Source of the DNA: Candidatus Poribacteria bacterium
GTDB taxonomy: Bacteria > Poribacteria > WGA-4E > PCPOR2b
DNA length: 64,000 nt
NCBI GenBank assembly: GCA_965208675.1
Contig: OZ242351.1
Location: 3,520,001 to 3,584,000 of the forward strand
Direction of reading: 5' to 3'
In this document: one piece after another, positions 56,066-64,000 of the stretch
Layout: each line of letters opens with the position of its first letter
Position numbering within the stretch: position 1 is the first letter of the stretch
Notes under the pieces: model-generated
Seen by the model: only the letters and a program-made list of their open reading frames with translations
Databases searched by the model: none
What the model was told of the DNA's origin: nothing
Program-made: the position numbers and the translations under genes

Positions 56066-57909
56066 ACGAACACACACAGGAATCGCATGATCATCACCAT
56101 GAAGAGAGTTTTGTCAGCAAATATATCTTTTCGCTGGATCATAAAACAATAGGCAAGCAGTTCCTCATCTTCGGCCTGATTATGTTCATTGTCGGGGGCG
56201 GGCTGGCGCTGCTTTTCCGTTGGCAACTCGCCTGGCCCGACAGGCCGCTGCCGATAATTGGGGCTTCCCAAACCTATTTGGAGGAGGGCGAACCTGTAAC
56301 TGCTGCAGACCGGAAGTGGGAAGAACGTTACGATGACGATAAAGACTCTTGGTTAGAGACGAACATGCCCAGCGGGATTATAGACCCGAACTTTTATAAT
56401 TCGCTGTTTACGATGCACGCCACCATTATGGTTTTCTTCGTGGTTGTACCACTGCTTGTTGGTGCGTTTGGTAATTTTCTCATCCCGCTGATGATTGGCA
56501 CCAGAGATATGGCATTCCCAGTGCTGAATATGCTGTCATTCTGGTCCAATATGCTCGGAACGATTATAATGATTGCGGGGTTCTTTGTGCCCGATGGACA
56601 CGCTGCCGCGGGCTGGACTGGCTACGCACCGCTTTCTTCAGACCCTGAGCTTAGCGGTGTAAATTGGGGACAGAATCTCTGGTGCATCAGCCTTATTGTC
56701 ATGGGTATCTCCTCGCTGATGGGGTCTATCAACTATATTACGACGATCATCAACATGCGTGCGCCGGGGATGACTTGGTTCCGTCTCCCGCTTGCGATTT
56801 GGGCGCTGTTTATCGTCGCGATTCTTCTTCTGCTCGCATTTCCTGTCGTGGCTTCTGCGCTCGGGCTAATCCTCTTCGACCGCATGGCGGGAACGTCCTT
56901 CTTTTCCGCCGCAGGCGGCGGCGATGCCTTATTATGGCAACACCTTTTCTGGTTCTTCGCGCATCCGGAGGTTTATATCCTCATTTTGCCCGGCATGGGT
57001 ATGGCGTCAGAGATGCTCCCCGTTTTTGCCAGAAAGCCCATCTTCGGGTATAAATCAATGGTTTTTGCCATGATAGCGATTGCTTTTCTGAGTTGGATTG
57101 TGTGGGGACACCACATGTTCCAGAGTGGGATGAACCCTGCATTGGGAATGGCCTTCATGACCACCACCATGATAATCGCTGTCCCGTCAGCAATCAAAAC
57201 CTTCAACTGGATCGGCACGCTTTACCGTGCATCAATCCGATTCACAGTGCCGATGTTAAACTCGCTTGCCTTTGTCTCGATGTTCGTCATTGGCGGCCTC
57301 AGCGGCATATATATGGCAAATTCGCCGGTGGACATCTACATCCACGATACATACTACATCGTAGCGCATATTCATTATGTCGTTTTCGGCGGCAGCGTCT
57401 TCGCCATTTTTGGAGGTGTCTTCTACTGGTTCCCCAAAATGTTTGGGCGGCACATGAATGCGATCCTTGGCAAGATTCATTTCTGGGTGTCGTTCATCGC
57501 CTTTAACGGCGTCTTTTTCCCGATGCACATCCTCGGTGTAGGGGGGCACATGCGGCGCATCGCCAACCCGACGCAGTACGAATTACTGCATCACCTACAG
57601 CCAATAAATGTGTTCATTACGGTCTGTGCATTTATCTTGGGCGCAGCTCAAATTCTGCTGCTCATCAACGTATTTTGGAGTATATTCCGCGGGAAGGTGG
57701 CTGAGCAGAATCCGTGGCAGGCAACCACCTTAGAATGGCAAGCACCGACGCCTGTCCCGCATGGCAACTTCGGAGCAATTCCGCACGTATACCACGGCCC
57801 CTATGAATACAGCGTCCCTGGAGCTGAATCGGACTGGATCCCACAGACGCAGCCGAACGGCGAATCGCTGCCCGACGAACCGGTACCGGCAGGAGCCGCC
57901 GCGGATTAA
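56062..57909 (+). CDS. coxA: Heme-copper cytochrome c oxidase subunit I, A1 type
   Basis: DHK.IG, TMHAT, WFFAHPEVY, VWGHHM, HDTYYIVAHIHY, MRR. Confidence 0.97.
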   Translation: MNEHTQESHDHHHEESFVSKYIFSLDHKTIGKQFLIFGLIMFIVGGGLALLFRWQLAWPDRPLPIIGASQTYLEEGEPVTAADRKWEERYDDDKDSWLETNMPSGIIDPNFYNSLFTMHATIMVFFVVVPLLVGAFGNFLIPLMIGTRDMAFPVLNMLSFWSNMLGTIIMIAGFFVPDGHAAAGWTGYAPLSSDPELSGVNWGQNLWCISLIVMGISSLMGSINYITTIINMRAPGMTWFRLPLAIWALFIVAILLLLAFPVVASALGLILFDRMAGTSFFSAAGGGDALLWQHLFWFFAHPEVYILILPGMGMASEMLPVFARKPIFGYKSMVFAMIAIAFLSWIVWGHHMFQSGMNPALGMAFMTTTMIIAVPSAIKTFNWIGTLYRASIRFTVPMLNSLAFVSMFVIGGLSGIYMANSPVDIYIHDTYYIVAHIHYVVFGGSVFAIFGGVFYWFPKMFGRHMNAILGKIHFWVSFIAFNGVFFPMHILGVGGHMRRIANPTQYELLHHLQPINVFITVCAFILGAAQILLLINVFWSIFRGKVAEQNPWQATTLEWQAPTPVPHGNFGAIPHVYHGPYEYSVPGAESDWIPQTQPNGESLPDEPVPAGAAAD

Positions 57910-57963
57910 AGATTTGTCCACCGCTCTAAACACCACCGAAACGGTTGGAAGGAAACCGATTCA

Positions 57964-59106
57964 ATGTATCGTCGATGGCTCTATGGACTTGCTGTCCTCA
58001 CTGCTGTGATGACGTTTATCCTGATTTGCATGGGCGGACTTGTGACGAGTACGGATTCAGGGCTGGCTGTCCCCGATTGGCCGACGACCTTTGGATACAA
58101 CATGTTTCTCTATCCGTTATCGAAAACGGTCAGCGGTTTTCTCTTCAGCATTGACTCAAACCTCCAAGCTAATTTGGATGACAGTGACCCTTCGGTAGAG
58201 TTGCGGATGGCGCTTGAAAAAAACGAGATTCCGGTGTCCGAGGATGTTATAATTTCAGTCGTCCAGCCAGGCAGCAGGTGGAAGCTAACAGATGACGAGA
58301 ACGGGCGCACCTATTCGCTGATTAAAACGGGGGATCGGCTCGATGTTTACGTTCACGGCATTCTGTACGAGCACAGCCATCGCTTGATCGGGTCGATCGT
58401 CGGACTGCTGACGATTGGGTTGATGGTATCACTCTTGGCGAAGGACGATCGGAATTGGATGAAATGGCTTGGATTTATTGCACTTGCCGCGGTGATTGCG
58501 CAGGGAGTGATGGGCGGCATGCGTGTCACAAACCTTAGCAGAATACTCGCTATCATACACGCCTGTTTTGCCCAAGCATTTTTCGCACTGACTGCAAGCC
58601 TCGCGTTATTTACCTCACGCGGATGGCTGGGGGCATCGGAGCAAATTGAAGCGGCAAATACTTCTCGCTTGAGAAAATTGAGCATCATCACGGTGTGTCT
58701 CATCTATGTCCAATTCATCTTCGGCGCCGTGTTGAGGCATACCGGGAATCGGCTGGACGCCCATCTGCTTTTCGCCGGTTTAGTAACTATTCACATATTT
58801 TTGCTCTTGAGGCGAATCTTGCTAGATTATCTGGAGAACCGGATTCTTGTTCGTCTAATTCTGCTATCGAGCGGCCTGCTCGCCGTACAATTGGTGTTGG
58901 GATTTGGGGCATTCGTCACCGAGTTCACAGCTCTCGGTAAAGGCGTGTCTCCTGTCGCCGGCGTAGCAATCACCACCGCCCATGTTGCGATTGGTGCTTT
59001 AATGATGGCCAGTTCCGTCCTGCTGGCTTTGAATGTGTTTCGTTTCACAATGGGTTCAGAACCTGTTGCGAATCGAGGGCTTGTTTCCGACGAGGTATCC
59101 GCATGA
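57964..59106 (+). CDS. ctaA: Heme A synthase (CtaA/COX15) with a ~75-aa loop insertion
   Basis: GGLVT..SGLAVPDWP, EHSHR, QG..GG..V, HA, Q...GA..RH, H, TAHVAIG. Confidence 0.9.
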   Translation: MYRRWLYGLAVLTAVMTFILICMGGLVTSTDSGLAVPDWPTTFGYNMFLYPLSKTVSGFLFSIDSNLQANLDDSDPSVELRMALEKNEIPVSEDVIISVVQPGSRWKLTDDENGRTYSLIKTGDRLDVYVHGILYEHSHRLIGSIVGLLTIGLMVSLLAKDDRNWMKWLGFIALAAVIAQGVMGGMRVTNLSRILAIIHACFAQAFFALTASLALFTSRGWLGASEQIEAANTSRLRKLSIITVCLIYVQFIFGAVLRHTGNRLDAHLLFAGLVTIHIFLLLRRILLDYLENRILVRLILLSSGLLAVQLVLGFGAFVTEFTALGKGVSPVAGVAITTAHVAIGALMMASSVLLALNVFRFTMGSEPVANRGLVSDEVSA

Positions 59107-60005
59107 TGCCAATAACAAACACACTAGACATCGGCTTATCCCAGATGAGCCGCCGACTATCAATCTTTGTTGAGTTGACAAAGCCGCGGCTGGTTTCGAT
59201 GATACTGGTTACAACTTCAGCCGGCTTCTACCTCGCCTCTCCCCATCCGCTAAATTGGCTGCAGTTCATTCACGCCGTTATCGGCACGGGTTTATCGGCA
59301 GCGGGAGTATTAGCCCTGAATCAGTACCTTGAACGCGACTTAGATGCCCAAATGGTGCGGACATGCCACCGACCATTGCCGGATCGTCGGCTTCAACCGA
59401 CGACAGCGCTTTCGTTTGGAGTTTTGTTGACGGCTAGCGGGTTGCTCTACATGGCGTTTGCCGTAAACGCCTTGAGCGCACTAGTCACGTCAGCCATTGT
59501 TGTGACTTATCTGTTCGTCTATACCCCGCTGAAGCAGAAGACATCGCTCTGTACTGTGGTGGGCGCAGTCCCGGGTGCATTACCGCCTGTAATCGGTTGG
59601 GTTGCGGCACGGGGTACGCTCAATATTGAGGCGTGTGTGCTTTTCGCAATTCTGTTTCTCTGGCAACTGCCCCACTCGCTGTCGATTGCGTATATCTACC
59701 GCGATGAATACGCAAAGGCTGGATTCCGCTTGCTGCCGGTAATTCACCCGGACGGCAAGAGCACGGGAAGGCAGATTGTCAGCAACTGTCTAGGCCTTCT
59801 CTTTGCGGCGCTGCTGCCCACGTTAATCGGCATAGCGGGTATAGTCTATTTTTTCGCCGCACTGGCGTTGAGCATCGGCTTTCTCGGGTTCGGCATCAGC
59901 CTCTCAATTTCTCGATCGACAGCGGCAGCAAAACGGCTGTTGTACGCTTCATTGATATACTTGCCGCTTGTTTTTCTAGTGATGGCACTTGACAAGATGG
60001 CGTAA
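59103..60005 (+). CDS. cyoE: Protoheme IX farnesyltransferase (heme O synthase)
   Basis: LTKPR, NQYLERDLDAQMVRT..RPLP, YTPLK, GALPP, WQLPH, YRDEY. Confidence 0.95.
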   Translation: MMPITNTLDIGLSQMSRRLSIFVELTKPRLVSMILVTTSAGFYLASPHPLNWLQFIHAVIGTGLSAAGVLALNQYLERDLDAQMVRTCHRPLPDRRLQPTTALSFGVLLTASGLLYMAFAVNALSALVTSAIVVTYLFVYTPLKQKTSLCTVVGAVPGALPPVIGWVAARGTLNIEACVLFAILFLWQLPHSLSIAYIYRDEYAKAGFRLLPVIHPDGKSTGRQIVSNCLGLLFAALLPTLIGIAGIVYFFAALALSIGFLGFGISLSISRSTAAAKRLLYASLIYLPLVFLVMALDKMA

Positions 60006-60028
60006 CGGACTGGGAGAATAAAATTCGG

Positions 60029-60139
60029 ATGAACAACGACGAAAAGCGGCGGCGCAACCGACGTGTCGGCTGGTTCTTATTCGGAATATTCATCGTCTTG
60101 TTTTTTCTGGCAACGCTGCTCGCACTCTTTAAAAACTGA
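60029..60139 (+). CDS. 36-aa single-TM peptide, probable cytochrome oxidase small assembly protein
   Basis: Below the ORF-track cutoff. Manual translation MNNDEKRRRNRRVGWFLFGIFIVLFFLATLLALFKN*; GGGAG upstream; sits between cyoE and subunit III. Confidence 0.65.
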   Translation: MNNDEKRRRNRRVGWFLFGIFIVLFFLATLLALFKN

Positions 60140-60229
60140 TGCATTACATCTTTTAGACGAGGTTTCCCAGCCGCTATTGTTCGGTAATGGGGCTTGTCTT
60201 CTTTAACTATGTTTTAAACAAAATCTTCA

Positions 60230-60835
60230 ATGAATGAATTAGAACACCCCTCATACGCTAGCGCCGAAGGCGAAAACAGACCGATAAGCAATGCGCGTTT
60301 AGCTGTACTGGTACTGTTGGGCGCCGAAATCATGTTTTTCGCCGGGCTGATTGGGACGTTTCTAGTGTTCCGCTTGGGCAGTACAACATGGCCTCCGCCG
60401 TCACAGGTAGACGTTCGCTTGCCCGTGGGTGTGACAGGACTGAACACAATCGTCCTGCTCTTGAGCGGATTTACAATGTTCAAGGCGCAGCAAGCTATTA
60501 GGCATGGCCTTCAGAATGCGCTTAGAAACAGGCTTTTCCTGACGGGGCTTCTTGGCGTAATCTTCCTCGCTGTACAGGGTTACGAATGGGTGCGCTTGGT
60601 GCATCACGGATTCACGCTTTCATCGGGAGTGTACGGCTCAATATTTTATGTCCTTATCGGTTGCCATGCGCTGCACGTACTAGTGGCAGTATTTTGGCTG
60701 TTAGCCGTTTTCATTGGGGCGACAGCCGGACGGTTTTCTGTTGATCGCCACGTTGGTGTTGAGGTCTGCGCTATTTACTGGGTGTTTGTTGTGTGCCTGT
60801 GGCCCGTTCTTTACGTACTTGTGTATCTAATCTGA
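60230..60835 (+). CDS. Cytochrome c oxidase subunit III, copy A
   Basis: AEIMFFAGL, NT..LL.S, Q.YEW, HALHV, YW.FV..W. Confidence 0.92.
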   Translation: MNELEHPSYASAEGENRPISNARLAVLVLLGAEIMFFAGLIGTFLVFRLGSTTWPPPSQVDVRLPVGVTGLNTIVLLLSGFTMFKAQQAIRHGLQNALRNRLFLTGLLGVIFLAVQGYEWVRLVHHGFTLSSGVYGSIFYVLIGCHALHVLVAVFWLLAVFIGATAGRFSVDRHVGVEVCAIYWVFVVCLWPVLYVLVYLI

Positions 60836-60847
60836 CATGGGGTTTTA

Positions 60848-61102
60848 ATGATGCGTCGATACATTCTAATGTTATTCACAGCGCTGGCTATTGCGCTGGT
60901 TTTTCCAGCCATCGGCAACGCGTGCCCTTCATGTAAAACGATTGATGACCCAATTGTTCAAGGTTTTAAGTGGAGCATCTTATTCCTTATGGCGATGCCT
61001 TATATTGTTTCCGGTCTGATTGGTGGCAGTGTATTCTATATTTACAAACACACACATCGGGCCAATAATCATAAACCATCTTCAAATGTGAAAGGAGTGT
61101 GA
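60848..61102 (+). CDS. Small membrane protein with CxxC (ACPSC), possible Cu/assembly factor
   Basis: Signal-like helix, ACPSCK, SILFLMAMPY TM; located between the two subunit III genes. Confidence 0.7.
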   Translation: MMRRYILMLFTALAIALVFPAIGNACPSCKTIDDPIVQGFKWSILFLMAMPYIVSGLIGGSVFYIYKHTHRANNHKPSSNVKGV

Positions 61103-61105
61103 AAA

Positions 61106-61750
61106 TTGGAAGACACTGCAACGCTCGATCATTCCGCAGATGTCTATGAACCGTCCCTCACGCCTGACAGTCTGGGAAAGTTGGGGATGTGGCTCTTTCT
61201 TATTAGCGATGCGATGTCGTTTGGCGCGTTGTTGGCTGCCTACGGCGCTATCCGTGCTGGTGCAGCGGAGTGGGCGCCCCCAGCCGAAATTCTCGGCATT
61301 GAACTCACAGCGGTTATGACCTTTCTGTTAATCTGTAGTAGTGTCACGATGGTCAAAGCGCTAGAATCAATCCAGAACGGCAACCAAAGGAGGATGTGTG
61401 CCTTCCTTGGTTTGACTATCCTAGGCGGCGTAATCTTCTTGGGACTACAAGCGTATGAATGGGCAGAACTAATCAAGCACGGGCTCACTCTCACCTCAAT
61501 CCCCCATCGCGGGTTGTCAGGTGCTGAGATTTCCGGCTCGGTGCTTTTTGGTCCGACCTTCTACACAATTACAGGTTTCCACGGTGCCCACGTTACCGGC
61601 GGCGTCATATACCTCATCGTTATCTTGATTCAGGGGATGCGGGGGACGTACACAGCCGAATATAACCACAAGGTCGAGATTTTGGGATTGTATTGGCACT
61701 TCGTTGACCTAATCTGGATAATGGTCTTTACCTTTGTCTATCTATTGTAA
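61106..61750 (+). CDS. Cytochrome c oxidase subunit III, copy B
   Basis: KLGMWLFLISD, SSVTM, TGFHGAHV, GLYWHFVDLIW; AAGGAG before the TTG start. Confidence 0.93.
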   Translation: MEDTATLDHSADVYEPSLTPDSLGKLGMWLFLISDAMSFGALLAAYGAIRAGAAEWAPPAEILGIELTAVMTFLLICSSVTMVKALESIQNGNQRRMCAFLGLTILGGVIFLGLQAYEWAELIKHGLTLTSIPHRGLSGAEISGSVLFGPTFYTITGFHGAHVTGGVIYLIVILIQGMRGTYTAEYNHKVEILGLYWHFVDLIWIMVFTFVYLL

Positions 61751-61769
61751 ACTCTAATGGAGAATCGAG

Positions 61770-62102
61770 ATGGAACACGCTCATAAAGAACACCCGAGAT
61801 ACATAAGAATATTTGTGATTCTCATCATACTTACCGTCGCTGAAGTTGCTGTGGTCTACATGCCGTTTCCGACGATTGTGACTGCACTCCTGCTGATTGG
61901 CATGGCATGTTCTAAAGCAGCTTACGTTGCGCTCTATTTCATGCACTTGAAATTTGAGAAGAAAACCTTGACGGTCATTGCATTAACACCGTTTATCATC
62001 TGTGTTTTTCTCGTGTTTATGCTGCTTCCGGATTTGATGGAAGACGCTCGCCACGCAGGAATGGAAACATCCGCATCTCAAACTGTTGAATCCTCACATT
62101 GA
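61770..62102 (+). CDS. Cytochrome c oxidase subunit IV family
   Basis: 3 TMs; KA..VALYFMHLKFE. Confidence 0.9.
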   Translation: MEHAHKEHPRYIRIFVILIILTVAEVAVVYMPFPTIVTALLLIGMACSKAAYVALYFMHLKFEKKTLTVIALTPFIICVFLVFMLLPDLMEDARHAGMETSASQTVESSH

Positions 62103-62159
62103 TGTGGATTTTTAGGTGTTCAACCTAATACCTGTGATATTACGCAATAAGTTCAAGAG

Positions 62160-62189
62160 TCCCCCTGATAAGGGGGATTTAGGGGGTTA
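62160..62189 (-). repeat. C-rich/G-rich palindromic repeat
   Basis: TCCCCCT-gata-AGGGGGA-tttagggggtt, inverted relative of 3588-3625. Confidence 0.55.
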
Positions 62190-62271
62190 AAAACACTGAA
62201 ATAGCGACTTTTTAAGTCCAATATTTCTTTTTTCTGTTCAATTTTCGCAAGTTCTGAATTAAATTACATTT

Positions 62272-62919
62272 ATGGAAACAGAAACACCGGATCAGAATCC
62301 CAAACCGAGGGAACGCCTGCGGCATGGCATGTTGTGGGGGGCGTTGATTGCCGTCATCGTCGGTATAGTTGGCGCCAATATTTGGTCACCGCATCATCAA
62401 GATTCAGGCGACGACACCGAACCAGATCTTGCCGTGCATCACCGGGTACCTGATTTCTCTTTGATTGATCAGCGAGGTACACCAATTGCCCCTTCGAATC
62501 TCCTCGGCAAGATTTGGGTTGCGGATTTTATCTTCACCCGCTGTGTTGCGGCTTGTCCGCTAATGACAGACAAAATGAAGAAACTTCAAGAAGAATTCGC
62601 GGAGTCAGGTGTTTACTTCGTCTCGGTTTCTGTCGATCCGGAATATGACACGCCGGACGTTCTCTTTCAGTACGCTAATCGCTTCGGCGTGGATGAAAGC
62701 ACATGGTTGTTTCTAACAGGAGAAAAGGAAACTATCTATCACCTCACACAAGAAGGCTTCGGCTTAGCCGTCGGGCAGCAAGAATCCGAAGTTCTTCATA
62801 GCGCTCGGTTTGTCTTGGTTGATCGCCGCGGACAAATACGCGGATTCTACGACAGCAATGAAGATGAGGCGCTTCAAAAGCTTCGCCGCGATATACCGCA
62901 ATTACTCATCGAATCGTGA
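62272..62919 (+). CDS. SCO1/SenC copper chaperone
   Basis: FIFTRCVAACP (CxxxC), SVDPEYD, HS..FVLVD. Confidence 0.93.
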   Translation: METETPDQNPKPRERLRHGMLWGALIAVIVGIVGANIWSPHHQDSGDDTEPDLAVHHRVPDFSLIDQRGTPIAPSNLLGKIWVADFIFTRCVAACPLMTDKMKKLQEEFAESGVYFVSVSVDPEYDTPDVLFQYANRFGVDESTWLFLTGEKETIYHLTQEGFGLAVGQQESEVLHSARFVLVDRRGQIRGFYDSNEDEALQKLRRDIPQLLIES

Positions 62920-63206
62920 ACCTTGATGCAGTACGACTCGGCGTTTCGCTGGCAGTTCTTATCATCAATCTGCCATTTGGATATTTTCGTGTTCGTCACA
63001 AGAGGTTCACCCGCCCTTGGGGGCGGTGTATCTACATCCCCATTCTTATTAACATAGTCCTCCGCCGCTTAATCCTGCACTGGGATTGGGGCGGGGCGCT
63101 CTTCCTCTTTTCAGCCGCGATTCTTGGACACATTTTAGGCGGACTCTGGGGTAGGCGCCAGCAGAAAAAGCGGGAAGCGGTGCCGGAATTAAACCTTGAG
63201 AGTTGA
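62916..63206 (+). CDS. Small hypothetical membrane protein
   Basis: GTGA overlap with SCO; INLPFGY.R...F...W...I.IP; about 3 TMs. Confidence 0.7.
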   Translation: MNLDAVRLGVSLAVLIINLPFGYFRVRHKRFTRPWGRCIYIPILINIVLRRLILHWDWGGALFLFSAAILGHILGGLWGRRQQKKREAVPELNLES

Positions 63207-63297
63207 AGATAAGATTTGTCAGTTCGGCGGTTGTCGATTGGAGATGGGTCAAACGACCCATTGAGGGAATTGCGAAGGCGGCAGTCTTAGTAATCCG

Positions 63298-63337
63298 TTA
63301 CGTATTACGCGTTACGTATTACGCATCACGCATTACT
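63298..63337. repeat. Heptamer tandem repeat (consensus TTACGYA, about 5.5 copies)
   Basis: ttacgta ttacgcg ttacgta ttacgca tcacgca ttact. Confidence 0.75.
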
Positions 63338-63389
63338 AAATCCGTTCGCTTGATTGATGGTTTTAACTGACAGTCAAGGAAAAGCAACG

Positions 63390-64000
63390 ATGTTCAAAAA
63401 AATCCACGTGCCTGTTGACAATTCGGATTATTCTGACGCGAGCGTCCATCTTGCTGTCGCGTTTGCCAAGAAATTCGCTTCGCAGCTTGTTGGCTCTCAT
63501 GTCTACGCAGCGAAGATGCACGACGTTCGCTTCAAACAGATGGAGTACACCCTGCCGGAGGAATATCAGGACGAAGTCGAACTCGAAAAACAGCGCCGCA
63601 TCCATGACACCTTGATTACGATGGGGCTTCAACTTATTTCGGATTCGTATCTTGATGTCATGCAGAAAATATGTTTGAAAGAGAATATCCCTTTTGAAGC
63701 AAAAATGCCGGAGGGCAAGCATTTCATCAAGATGGTGGAGGATATTCAATCTAGCGGCTACGATCTGGTTATTATGGGCGCTCTCGGTATGGGAGCCGTC
63801 AAAGACAGCCTGCTCGGCGGCGTGTGCGAACGGGTTGTCCGCCGAATCCAAACCGATGTACTCGTGGTCAGAAACATTCGGCCCGTCGAAGAGCAGCGCG
63901 GACATATTCTCGTAGGCATTGACGGCAGCCCTGAATCATTCGCCGGCTTGAAAACGGCGATTCAGATCGGTAAAGCATTTAATCGGCACGTCGAGGCGGT
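63390..64000 (+). CDS. Tandem-domain universal stress protein, runs off the right edge
   Basis: Not in the ORF track. AAGGA SD; MFKKIHVPVDNSDYS..LVGSHVY..YDLVIMGALG.G...LLGGVCERV, then a second domain HILVGIDGSPES. Confidence 0.88.
   Translation, partial: MFKKIHVPVDNSDYSDASVHLAVAFAKKFASQLVGSHVYAAKMHDVRFKQMEYTLPEEYQDEVELEKQRRIHDTLITMGLQLISDSYLDVMQKICLKENIPFEAKMPEGKHFIKMVEDIQSSGYDLVIMGALGMGAVKDSLLGGVCERVVRRIQTDVLVVRNIRPVEEQRGHILVGIDGSPESFAGLKTAIQIGKAFNRHVEA

Noticed and set aside
63363-63905. 180-aa minus-strand ORF
   Set aside because: It is the antisense shadow of the plus-strand universal stress protein.

Overview
Bacterial genomic window of about 50% GC. The gene repertoire (DUF6785-type membrane protein, CehA/McbA-type PHP hydrolases, PhyH dioxygenase, many REP-like palindromes) suggests a Poribacteria/PVC-like organism; this is inference only. 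1-8.4 kb is a defence/mobile patch: a truncated Eco57I-like R-M gene, a RAYT transposase inside its own REP doublets, two tandem DUF4377-like lipoproteins and two adjacent DNA methyltransferases with no nuclease. 8.5-21.3 kb holds catabolic genes (SDRs, glycosidase-like proteins, two PHP metallohydrolases, one apparently starting at ATT). 21.5-25.7 kb is a TroABCD-type metal ABC operon with a consensus sigma70 promoter overlapped by a DtxR-type operator, and both permeases carry DtxR-like wHTH tails. 25.9-33 kb has a Memo protein, an M28 peptidase, PhyH, a secreted YceI protein flanked by 20 Asn-Pro-Cys repeats, and a Crp/Fnr regulator. 33.2-37.3 kb is an AT-richer accessory patch with an IS3 remnant and a small Cys-rich secreted peptide. 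38.8-64 kb is a co-oriented respiratory supercluster of about 25 kb. It contains a Rieske/split cytochrome b/octaheme complex, a CydB-less cytochrome bd-like oxidase with membrane cytochromes c and an EbdC-like subunit (Nitrospira/Nitrospina-like module), two putative type-1 copper proteins, and a complete A1 heme-copper oxidase with heme A/O synthases and SCO. Two promoters in this cluster carry the same 17-18 bp palindrome at the same distance (about -61.5). No rRNA, tRNA or CRISPR array was seen. All family assignments come from motif recognition by eye, without database searches.
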